NCBI GenBank assembly: GCA_002269645.1
Contig: NIVC01000255.1
Span: forward strand, 496,001 to 560,000
DNA length: 64,000 bases
Reading direction: 5' to 3'
Source of the DNA: Macrostomum lignano
Lineage: Eukaryota
The translations under genes and the position numbers were made by a program. The notes below the pieces were generated by a model. The model was not told the origin of the DNA, did not search any database, and saw nothing but the letters and a program-made list of their open reading frames with translations. Positions 11,205 through 22,595 of the stretch are shown piece by piece; position 1 is the stretch's first letter, and each line of letters opens with the position of its first letter.

Positions 11205-12169
11205 ATGTCTATTGCCAGCAGTCGTGCTTCAATGGCACCACCTGATGATGGTGCTGGAGCCGGAGCTGAGGCACCGGTACTAGGCGAACGTCTCGATCGT
11301 CTCGCCGATGCACTGGAGCGCCAGCTTGGTATAGGCCAAGTCAGGCAGCATGTCAAGATGGCTAAATACACGCCGTCCCAAGACATCCGCACGTGGATCA
11401 AAGCCTTCGATCTTCGCTGCGATACCGAAGACATTCGTGCCTGCCACAGGAAGGCGGAGTTGCTCGCCAACCTTGACGTGCACACGGCGTATGCTTTGGT
11501 CCTGCGCCTGAACTTGCCAGACCATCTTGAGTACGAAGTGTTTAAGGAAGCGCTGATTGAGAGATTCTCAAAGAGAGGCGGCTCGCAGGAATTCCGAGAA
11601 GATTTCCGCTGCCGAACTCAGCGCAAGAACGAGGACATTGACGAGTTTGCAGATGCTCTCCGCGAACTCGGAGAACTCGCTTATCCTTATCTCTTGCCAG
11701 CTCAGCTCGAATCAGAACTTGTTGATCAGTTCCTGAAAGGTGTCAGAACTACAATTGAGGCGAGAGAACGGCTGTACTGGGGTCGTCCAGAGACTCTACA
11801 GGACGCCAAGTTCGCCTTCAAGCGCATTGAGACAGCGCGTGAGCTTGCTGCCCGCAGCAAAGACGCACCCTGTCGCAGCCTTGGTGGGGACAAAGCTACG
11901 GTTCCCCGACAGGACGATGAGCTTAAGAATCTAATCAGGCATCAGAATGAGGTTCTGCAGCAGCAGCAGCAGATGCTTGAGCAGCTTCTCAAGCAGACGC
12001 CAGCCGCACCTGTCAGAGATAGGCTGCAAGGCATTGTGTGCCACGAGTGCGGTAAACCAGGCCACAAGAGGCCTGACTGTCCTAAGCTCAAGGCTCAGAA
12101 GCCGGGAAACGTCCGGGCGGGGGTTGCCAACCAGGACCCTCTCCAGGGCCAACCCCGAAGTCGCACTAA
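11205..12169 (+). CDS. gag: Gag, copy 2 (1-bp C-run deletion near the 3' end)
   Basis: Identical to copy 1 until aaccccgaag (C4 vs C5). Confidence 0.88.
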
Positions 12170-15100
12170 AGCAGTCTGGAGAGTCTGGCGATACCGTAGA
12201 CTCTTCCTTTGTAAATAATGTATATAACTCTGGTGCTGATCCTTATGTAACTGCGCTTATTTTCGGCCAACAGGTTCCCTTGCTTCTCGACAGCGGGAGC
12301 AGACTGAACCTGATGGGCCTTTCTACTTGGCGATTGTTATCGCGCAATACTGCACATGCATGCGTAGTTACACCTACTTATTCCGATCGTATTCTAACCT
12401 ATGATGGTTCTGAATTACAGCTAACCGGTAAGGTTATGCTTGATGTTGTCTTCGGAGATTTCTCAGCTGAAGCTGAATTCTACATTGTAAGCGGCGATCA
12501 GGAGAATCTCCTAGGCATTGATTTTATGAGGAAGCACTGTCGGACCTTGGAGTTCCAGACAGGAATGCTTACCCTCACTACTGGTACTTGTGTACCCGTG
12601 CGCTATACGCGCCGTGAGCCAACCTCGTGCAGAGTCTATGTTGCCGGAAAACATCAGATTCCTGCTCGAAGTTCTGGCCTCATTTCTGTGCAACTGGCAC
12701 GTGGCAAAAAATCGAATTATGGAGTGCCAGCAGTGGTTGAACCACTCAGATCTGGACTCCGCGCTGGGCTTTCCCAGGTCCGCGCCTCTGCTGCATTGGT
12801 AACGATGCATGAAGGCAAAGGCTGCATGGAAGTCGTTAATCCTAACAACTTTCCAGTTAATATAGCCAAAGGAGCCTTGGTGGGCCTTGCCACACCGCTC
12901 CGGACGCAAGACCTCGAGTACTATCCAGAACTGAAAGCAACACCTGTGCGTAAGTTGCACCTAGACGATAACATCAATTCAGCCAGTGACGATTGGATCA
13001 ATGAGATAGAGATAGGCGATTCGATCACGGAGGACCAGAAGTCCCAGGTTCGAGAGCTGATCAGAGAGTCACGTAATGCGTTCTCCACGCACACTCTTGA
13101 TCACGGTCTGACTCACCTGGTGACCCATCAGATTGTCATGCGAGACGAGACTCCAGTTAGGATTCCAGCTCGCAGGGTCCCCCCCGCACCTGCAAGATCA
13201 GGTCAATCAGCTGCTAGATGAGATGCTAGAGAAGGGCGTGATCAGGCCATCTTATTCAAGCTACAGCTCTCCTATCTTAGTAGTACCTAAGAAGGATAAA
13301 TCAGTCCGCATAGTCCACGACTATCGCGAGCTGAATGAGAGATGCAAATATCGTCCATATCCGTTGCCATCTATCCAGGAGACGTTTGCATGTCTCCGTG
13401 GATCTCAATGGTTCAGCAGCTTGGATCTTGCTCAAGGGTTCTATCAGATCCCGTTGCGTGAAGAGGATCGTTTTCGCACAGCCTTCTCAGTGATCAATCG
13501 AGGTCAGTTCGAGTTCAACGTCTTGCCTATGGGACTTCGCGATAGCCCGGAGCCTTCCAGCGATGCATCAATATGCTGCTAGACGGTATCACTAAGTTCG
13601 CCTTAGGATACATGGATGACATTGTCATTCATAGTATTGCCTTCGAGGAGCACCTCGAACATCTTCGCGAAATGTTCAGGCGGCTCATTGAAGCCAATCT
13701 TAAGCTAAAGCCACGCAAATGCCATCTGTTTAAGACAGAGTTGCACTATCTCGGACATGTAGTCGACAGACGAGGCATTAGGACTAATGAAGACAAGGTA
13801 CAGCAGATACTAGACTGGCCGCGTCCTCAGACAGTCAAGCAGCTGCAGAGCTTTCTAGGTCTCTGTAACTACTATGCCAAATTCGTCAAGAATTACGCCG
13901 AAATTGCTGCCCCGTTGCATCAATTGACTCGGAAGAACCTTGTTGGGTTCAAGGGCTCTGGACAGAGCAACACTCGAAAGCTTTCGATGAGCTCAAGAAG
14001 AAGCTGTGCTCTACTGAGGTCCTCGCGTACCCAGAGTACAACACAGACCCAGACACAGTCTTCGTCCTGGATTGTGATGCCTCCGGTTTCCGAATCGGCG
14101 CCTGTTTAGGCCAGCGCCAATCCGATGGTGCGGAGCGGCCTGTTGCCTATTTTAGTCGGAAATTGCGCGAGCCTGAAACGAGGTACAACAACACCAAGCG
14201 GAGCTTTTGGCCGTTGTTGACTCGATGAGGCACTTTCGTTACTACTTAATCGGCAAGAGATTTGAGGTTAGAACAGACCACAGGGCTCTTCTTTGGCTCA
14301 TTCGCCAGACTGAAGCCGAAGAGATCTTGGGTCGTTGGGTTGAACGGCTAAGTGAATTCGACTTTGCTGTCATTCATCGGAAGGGAAGTTTGCACCAGAA
14401 CGCAGACAGCTTATCAAGAAAGCCGGACGGTCCGGAGTTCGATGACTGTCGTCCTGGAGCACGGACACCCAACCAGACAGACAATGAGGCCACTGTACCC
14501 TCAGCCCTCCGATTAGTCGAAGACACCAGCCAAGTAACTTCCAGCAGTTCTGCCTCGCAGGAATCTCGTATTGCCGTCGCCGGCTCATCATGTTGTCCCT
14601 CAGTGGACCGATGTCCGACACCCGTTATTGCGGCCGTTTCTGCCGACTCAACATGTTGTTCCTCAGTGAACCGTTGTTCGGCGGGAGCGTCCGAGGCTGT
14701 CTGCCAGGCTGATGCGACATGTTGTCCCTCAGTGGACCGCCGCTCGGAATGGGCAGCCAAGGTTGCTGGTTTAGCTGTGGACTTTGCCCCAGTTGGACGC
14801 CACACTACCGCACCTACGGCCATAGAAGCTGTTCGCCCTCGTGTCTCAGGTGACCTGACCGCAGAGATCCAGACCGACGACGCAGCAAGGCCATTATCTG
14901 CTTCAATAACGGAATCAGCGAACCGTAGCGTTAGTGAGGATGTTCCTCCACGCTGTCGTGTTCTGCTTAGTGATTTTCTGTCCGAACCTCTGAAGCGAGA
15001 CCAACTGCTCCTCGAGCAGCAGAAGGACCCGGACATTGAGTTCGTCAGAAATCTTTTAGCGACTAGTTCGCCCAAGCCGTCCTTTGACGCCCGACTACGT

Positions 15101-16639
15101 CTTAGTAGGGATACGCGCAACCTACTAGGCTACTTTGAGATGTTGCGGCTAGTAGACAACCTGCTCGTCTACGATGAAGACATAGCAGACCGTCCACCGC
15201 GCATTGTGCTGCCGAAGAGTCTAGATGACCAGGTGTTCAAAGAGCTCCATGATGCTCCCTTGAGTGGACACCTTGGCGAAACTAAGACCTATCTTCGGGT
15301 TAGACAAAGGTTTTGGAGGCCGTCTTTGAGCAAAGCGGTTAAGGCCTACGTGGCCCGATGTCGAGTCTGCCTGGAGAGCAAGACTCGCCGTCGCGAAGCT
15401 GTGCCCGTGCAGAGCTTCCCAGTCTGTGAAGTAATGGGACGGCTACACTGCGACGTTGTCGGCCCAATCTCGCAGCCTTCGCGAGCTGGCCACCGCTATA
15501 TTCTGACTCTGTGCGATGCTACTTCAAAATACCCTTTTGCGTTCCCTATGCGGAACCAGAAAACCAAGACCGTAGTCAAGATTCTTCAGGAGAGATTGTT
15601 TCCGGAGTATGGTGTACCAGCGTGGCTGCACACCGACCAAGGAACGAATTTCACTGGAAAGGACTTTAAGAAGTTTTGTGAGCTGTACGGCATTAGGCAC
15701 ACGACCACAACGCCTTATAATCCTAGTTCGAATGGCCAGGTGGAAAATCTCAACAAGACAATCAAGAGTGTACTCACGTGCTTGCTGGAGAAGAATCACC
15801 AGGATTGGGACACCTTCCTCCCAGCATGCATGATCGCTCTGCGATCTAGCGTTCACCTGGTAACAGGGTTTACGCCCTACTTCTTGGTCTTTGGAAGAGA
15901 ATACCGGATGCCCATTGATAATGAGCTTCGGGTCCCACCTGAATATCCGGACTTGCCAACGTACGTCCAAGACTTCCAGAAGAGACTAGAGGAGGCTAAT
16001 AAATTAGCCCAGGACCGTGTGAAGCTGCATCAAGAACTTCGCGATGAACATTATGAGAATCGCCCGAAGGCCAAGCAGCTCTCACCGGGTGACCTAGTCT
16101 TCCTGAACAATCCAGTCTTAGATCAGTCTTGGGAAGCGCAGAAATTTCACAGACCGCGCAAGGCTGTGTATGAAGTAGTAGAGCGCAAAGGAGAAGTTGT
16201 CTACAAGATCAGACCTCGCCTCCGGAATCCTAGGGCTCGTCGAGAGGAGTTGGTGGTGCACCGTCGCAATATGCTACCGGTTCCGCAAGCTGACTATCCA
16301 GAGCCGGCTGGCCGGGCAGCTGAGCACCGTGCTGGGCCGCCGCATAAGCGTCGCGTTGCCCTAGAAACCACTGCCTCTCAGAATACCGGCGAAGCCGCCG
16401 ACGACGTTGACGAGCTCGATGACGATGATGACGACTGGGCCCCGCGCTACTTTCTGCGTCCGGCCGCAGCATTAGCAGCGATCCCAGAAGTCGCCGAACC
16501 TGAAATGAATGAGGATGGGGAAGCTGTTCATGAGCAACCTGAAGCACACAGGGAAATAGAACAGCCCGAAGCGGTGCCCCGGACCCTCAGCCTGTCGCTG
16601 AGCGCCCACAGAGAGACCGCCGAGCCCCGGAGAGACTAA
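12104..16639 (+). pseudogene. pol: Pol, copy 2, frameshifted
   Basis: Same motifs as copy 1; ORF pieces 11947-13221, 13133-13582, 13573-14109, 14207-16639. Confidence 0.93.
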
Positions 16640-17469
16640 TGCTAAATCCTAAAGCTAAATCCTATGTCTCTCGAATCAAGGATACCTTTGTCTCTACAAT
16701 AAGGCACTATCTTCCGCATTCCAGCCTCATCATGAGCGATTCGGACATGCCTCTTGAGCAGCAGCTGTCGCTGTCTGCCTCGGACGAGTCATTTGACCCG
16801 AAGGACGTGTCGTCACCGCGCCCCGATGCGGGACGTGTAACGACGAAACCAGCGCCAGTGCCATCGGGCCCACAGGTCGTGGCTCCCGTCGGGATAGTGA
16901 GAAGGGCGCTGCTTCAGGTCGACACGAACATACAGGCCGCAGCCGGACCTCAGACAGAGCCGGCGCAGCGAAGGACGGCCTTGCTGGACCGTCCCCCGTC
17001 TAGGGGACGAGGCCGGACGATCTCGGGCACCTCAAGGAGCCGCTCGGGCAGCGCGCAGCCAATTGGCGGTCCACAGAGCATCTTTCAGTTCAGGAACGGC
17101 TGGGAAAGCACAGCGGCCCCCCCCCCGCGGGAGGCAGTGCCGACTCACGGCGGAACAGCCTGCCAGGCGCAGACAAACAAGCCACTAGAGAACATGCTTG
17201 TCTCCGTGTTGCTGAAGGCCGCCTACACCGGGGACATAACAGCTTGGCCCACGCCCCAGGTAGTAGCCTTAAAGGCCAAGACGGAGACAAAACGTCAGGC
17301 ATTGATCAACAAAGCCTTCTGCCGGACTCGTACTCTTCTGTTGCCGTACCGGCACCACGCGGTTGCCCTAGAAGCTGCGGTACGTCGGGCTGCCCAAGAC
17401 CTCGGCCGCATGGCGGTTCTCTCACCAGAGGCCTTGGCGCTGCTGAACACGGCGAAACCGGCTCACTAA
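16639..17469 (+). CDS. Post-integrase ORF3 / Pol C-terminal extension, copy 2 (276 aa, open)
   Basis: Open frame overlapping the pol stop (TAATG); disordered N-half and helical C-half; no signal peptide or TM segment. Confidence 0.75.
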   Translation: MLNPKAKSYVSRIKDTFVSTIRHYLPHSSLIMSDSDMPLEQQLSLSASDESFDPKDVSSPRPDAGRVTTKPAPVPSGPQVVAPVGIVRRALLQVDTNIQAAAGPQTEPAQRRTALLDRPPSRGRGRTISGTSRSRSGSAQPIGGPQSIFQFRNGWESTAAPPPREAVPTHGGTACQAQTNKPLENMLVSVLLKAAYTGDITAWPTPQVVALKAKTETKRQALINKAFCRTRTLLLPYRHHAVALEAAVRRAAQDLGRMAVLSPEALALLNTAKPAH

Positions 17470-17657
17470 TTCGGCAAGCGAGAACGACATTCTATGGCAG
17501 GCCTACGGCCTCGCCAGGTGTATTGGCGTAATGCCTTTCAACGACTATATCGATTACTTGTGCATTGGCCTATGGCCTTTCTTTAATAAATACATTGACT
17601 TACCTTATTTGATGAAGAACCTCCTGGTGTCGCTTCTTCTTTTTCAGGTGGGGTGGG

Positions 17658-18984
17658 TGTGGTGATCCAGCATAGCTAGCATAGGCTGCTCCTGGGATCC
17701 CCCTTAGTCAGTTAGTGCTTGGGCTGCAGCAGTGGGAGCTGGGCATAGGGCTGTCCCTTCCCCTTCTTCCTTGTGCAGGCTCAGGTGTGCAGCTGTCGCG
17801 GGACAGGGAGAGAAATCTCTCCCCCTCTCCCCCTGGCGCAGTCTGCAATGGGCTAAAAATAGAAACATTAGTCAGTGGGATATTTCTCCCTTAGTACAGG
17901 CTTATTTAGTCAGCGGGAGTGAGAGCATAGCTCTCCGCCCGGGGTAGGATCTCGTGGGGTCTTGGTTGCACTCCTTGCATGCGGCAACATGCAAGCAGTG
18001 TACCAGCAGGCCATGCGGAGGCTGCATGATGAGGCAGATGTCTTATGGACATCTCCAAGATCGCTCCTGGCTCCGGGTAGTCCACGGAACTGCCATGGGA
18101 TCTGCCACGGAACTGCCTCTGAGCTTCCCATTGGCCCTGAGACCCCCGAAATTTAGTATAAATACAGAATAGGTGAAGGCCCAAAGAGACCATCCTCTCG
18201 GAGACCGCCTGCTTGGCTTCGAGCAAAGGCTAGTATTCCTAGATGCTTTTCCTAGACGAACTAGCTTAGGCAGATCGCTAGACGTTTTTCCTAGGGATAA
18301 CCTGCTAACAAATCCTTGTTGCAGCTGCCATTTGCTCATTAAGACTGCCGCAGGTCCTTGTGTCAGCAGCTCACCAGACCTTCAACACCGTCTGGACCTG
18401 GTCTCGTGGCCTACAACCTACACTGCTGGGCAACATCAACTGACGCACAGTACAGCTTAGGGCGTTTACTGCGACACCAGTTGAGCTACTAAACGATATT
18501 TTAGGATCGGCCTGTGACCGTTACTCACATTAATAAACGATTAACTGACTTGTTTGTCTTATTTATTTTCTACTTATCAGTAGGCCTACCTAGGGGTAAC
18601 CTGTCGAGGATATCACCGGTAGACCTACAAGGTGGCAGCAACCCAACTACCAATACTCGGTTATTATCTAACTGTACTCAGTGGAGACTAAGAGGGGTTA
18701 ATTCGGACCATAGTGCTAGACCACTCAGGCCAGCTACCGGCCGTGCTAGATAGCGAGGACAGACAGAGGAAGTAGTAGGCAACAACAGTAATCACCAAAG
18801 AGACGGGGATCCACAAGGCCATTACATTGGTTACATTGGTGGGATCCGGCACCAGCATTACATTGGTGGCAGCGGAGAGCAAAAGGCACAGCCATTACAC
18901 TGGTGGCAGCGGTGGGATATCAAGACCTACCCGACCACCCAGGGAAATCCTTGTTCTATCTCGGGCGAAAGCCACGGCATAACA
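17658..18984 (+). repeat. LTR3 (1327 bp, shared between units 2 and 3)
   Basis: Appears identical to LTR2. Confidence 0.95.
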
Positions 18985-19068
18985 CTGGTGGCAGCGGTGG
19001 GATCCGGTAAAACGACCACGTCAATCCTTCGTCCACCTACGTCTTAGTCTCACTTAGTAATCATAGCA

Positions 19069-20034
19069 ATGTCTATTGCCAGCAGTCGTGCTTCAATGGC
19101 ACCACCTGATGATGGTGCTGGAGCCGGAGCTGAGGCACCGGTACTAGGCAAACGTCTCGATCGTCTCGCCGATGCACTGGAGCGCCAGCTTGGTATAGGC
19201 CAAGTCAGGCAGCATGTCAAGATGGCTAAATACACGCCGTCCCAAGACATCCGCACGTGGATCAAAGCCTTCGATCTTCGCTGCGATACCGAAGACATTC
19301 GTGCCTGCCACAGGAAGGCGGAGTTGCTCGCCAACCTTGACGTGCACACGGCGTATGCTTTGGTCCTGCGCCTGAACTTGCCAGACCATCTTGAGTACGA
19401 AGTGTTTAAGGAAGCGCTGATTGAGAGATTCTCAAAGAGAGGCGGCTCGCAGGAATTCCGAGAAGATTTCCGCTGCCGAACTCAGCGCAAGAACGAGGAC
19501 ATTGACGAGTTTGCAGATGCTCTCCGCGAACTCGGAGAACTCGCTTATCCTTATCTCTTGCCAGCTCAGCTCGAATCAGAACTTGTTGATCAGTTCCTGA
19601 AAGGTGTCAGAACTACAATTGAGGCGAGAGAACGGCTGTACTGGGGTCGTCCAGAGACTCTACAGGACGCCAAGTTCGCCTTCAAGCGCATTGAGACAGC
19701 GCGTGAGCTTGCTGCCCGCAGCAAAGACGCACCCTGTCGCAGCCTTGGTGGGGACAAAGCTACGGTTCCCCGACAGGACGATGAGCTTAAGAATCTAATC
19801 AGGCATCAGAATGAGGTTCTGCAGCAGCAGCAGCAGATGCTTGAGCAGCTTCTCAAGCAGACGCCAGCCGCACCTGTCAGAGATAGGCTGCAAGGCATTG
19901 TGTGCCACGAGTGCGGTAAACCAGGCCACAAGAGGCCTGACTGTCCTAAGCTCAAGGCTCAGAAGCCGGGAAACGTCCGGGCGGGGGTTGCCAACCAGGA
20001 CCCTCTCCAGGGCCAACCCCCGAAGTCGCACTAA
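19069..20034 (+). CDS. gag: Gag, copy 3 (321 aa, E28K)
   Basis: Intact ORF; G>A at 19150. Confidence 0.92.
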   Translation: MSIASSRASMAPPDDGAGAGAEAPVLGKRLDRLADALERQLGIGQVRQHVKMAKYTPSQDIRTWIKAFDLRCDTEDIRACHRKAELLANLDVHTAYALVLRLNLPDHLEYEVFKEALIERFSKRGGSQEFREDFRCRTQRKNEDIDEFADALRELGELAYPYLLPAQLESELVDQFLKGVRTTIEARERLYWGRPETLQDAKFAFKRIETARELAARSKDAPCRSLGGDKATVPRQDDELKNLIRHQNEVLQQQQQMLEQLLKQTPAAPVRDRLQGIVCHECGKPGHKRPDCPKLKAQKPGNVRAGVANQDPLQGQPPKSH

Positions 20035-21837
20035 AGCAGTCTGGAGAGTCTGGCGATACCGTAGACTCTTCCTTTGTAAATAATGTATATAACTCTGGTG
20101 CTGATCCTTATGTAACTGCGCTTATTTTCGGCCAACAGGTTCCCTTGCTTCTCGACAGCGGGAGCAGACTGAACCTGATGGGCCTTTCTACTTGGCGATT
20201 GTTATCGCGCAATACTGCACATGCATGCGTAGTTACACCTACTTATTCCGATCGTATTCTAACCTATGATGGTTCTGAATTACAGCTAACCGGTAAGGTT
20301 ATGCTTGATGTTGTCTTCGGAGATTTCTCAGCTGAAGCTGAATTCTACATTGTAAGCGGCGATCAGGAGAATCTCCTAGGCATTGATTTTATGAGGAAGC
20401 ACTGTCGGACCTTGGAGTTCCAGACAGGAATGCTTACCCTCACTACTGGTACTTGTGTACCCGTGCGCTATACGCGCCGTGAGCCAACCTCGTGCAGAGT
20501 CTATGTTGCCGGAAAACATCAGATTCCTGCTCGAAGTTCTGGCCTCATTTCTGTGCAACTGGCACGTGGCAAAAAATCGAATTATGGAGTGCCAGCAGTG
20601 GTTGAACCACTCAGATCTGGACTCCGCGCTGGGCTTTCCCAGGTCCGCGCCTCTGCTGCATTGGTAACGATGCATGAAGGCAAAGGCTGCATGGAAGTCG
20701 TTAATCCTAACAACTTTCCAGTTAATATAGCCAAAGGAGCCTTGGTGGGCCTTGCCACACCGCTCCGGACGCAAGACCTCGAGTACTATCCAGAACTGAA
20801 AGCAACACCTGTGCGTAAGTTGCACCTAGACGATAACATCAATTCAGCCAGTGACGATTGGATCAATGAGATAGAGATAGGCGATTCGATCACGGAGGAC
20901 CAGAAGTCCCAGGTTCGAGAGCTGATCAGAGAGTCACGTAATGCGTTCTCCACGCACACTCTTGATCACGGTCTGACTCACCTGGTGACCCATCAGATTG
21001 TCATGCGAGACGAGACTCCAGTTAGGATTCCAGCTCGCAGGGTCCCCCCCGCACCTGCAAGATCAGGTCAATCAGCTGCTAGATGAGATGCTAGAGAAGG
21101 GCGTGATCAGGCCATCTTATTCAAGCTACAGCTCTCCTATCTTAGTAGTACCTAAGAAGGATAAATCAGTCCGCATAGTCCACGACTATCGCGAGCTGAA
21201 TGAGAGATGCAAATATCGTCCATATCCGTTGCCATCTATCCAGGAGACGTTTGCATGTCTCCGTGGATCTCAATGGTTCAGCAGCTTGGATCTTGCTCAA
21301 GGGTTCTATCAGATCCCGTTGCGTGAAGAGGATCGTTTTCGCACAGCCTTCTCAGTGATCAATCGAGGTCAGTTCGAGTTCAACGTCTTGCCTATGGGAC
21401 TTCGCGATAGCCCCGGAGCCTTCCAGCGATGCATCAATATGCTGCTAGACGGTATCACTAAGTTCGCCTTAGGATACATGGATGACATTGTCATTCATAG
21501 TATTGCCTTCGAGGAGCACCTCGAACATCTTCGCGAAATGTTCAGGCGGCTCATTGAAGCCAATCTTAAGCTAAAGCCACGCAAATGCCATCTGTTTAAG
21601 ACAGAGTTGCACTATCTCGGACATGTAGTCGACAGACGAGGCATTAGGACTAATGAAGACAAGGTACAGCAGATACTAGACTGGCCGCGTCCTCAGACAG
21701 TCAAGCAGCTGCAGAGCTTTCTAGGTCTCTGTAACTACTATGCCAAATTCGTCAAGAATTACGCCGAAATTGCTGCCCCGTTGCATCAATTGACTCGGAA
21801 GAACCTTGTTGGGTTCAAGGGCTCTGGACAGAGCAAC
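19968..21837 (+). pseudogene. pol: Pol, copy 3, truncated after RT by a ~4.25-kb deletion
   Basis: PR and RT present; the sequence jumps from ...GGACAGAGCAAC into mid-LTR AGGCTAGTATT. Confidence 0.92.
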
Positions 21838-22595
21838 AGGCTAGTATTCCTAGATGCTTTTCCTAGACGAACTAGCTTAGGCAGATCGCTAGACGTTTTT
21901 CCTAGGGATAACCTGCTAACAAATCCTTGTTGCAGCTGCCATTTGCTCATTAAGACTGCCGCAGGTCCTTGTGTCAGCAGCTCACCAGACCTTCAACACC
22001 GTGTGGACCTGGTCTCGTGGCCTACAACCTACACTGCTGGGCAACATCAACTGACGCACAGTACAGCTTAGGGCGTTTACTGCGACACCAGTTGAGCTAC
22101 TAAACGATATTTTAGGATCGGCCTGTGACCGTTACTCACATTAATAAACGATTAACTGACTTGTTTGTCTTATTTATTTTCTACTTATCAGTAGGCCTAC
22201 CTAGGGGTAACCTGTCGAGGATATCACCGGTAGACCTACAAGGTGGTAGCAACCCAACTACCAATACTCGGTTATTATCTAACTGTACTCAGTGGAGACT
22301 AAGAGGGGTTAATTCGGACCATAGTGCTAGACCACTCAGGCCAGCTACCGGCCGTGCTAGATAGCGAGGACAGACAGAGGAAGTAGTAGGCAACAACAGT
22401 AATCACCAAAGAGACGGGGATCCACAAGGCCATTACATTGGTTACATTGGTGGGATCCGGCACCAGCATTACATTGGTGGCAGCGGAGAGCAAAAGGCAC
22501 AGCCATTACACTGGTGGCAGCGGTGGGATATCAAGACCTACCCGACCACCCAGGGAAATCCTTGTTCTATCTCGGGCGAAAGCCACGGCATAACA
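21838..22595 (+). repeat. LTR4, 3' 758 bp only
   Basis: Matches LTR1 2501-3258 with two substitutions (22003, 22247); ends TAACA + TSD. Confidence 0.93.

Noticed and set aside
16639-17469. ORF3 as an env gene
   Set aside because: No signal peptide, furin site, Cys pattern or TM anchor is visible.
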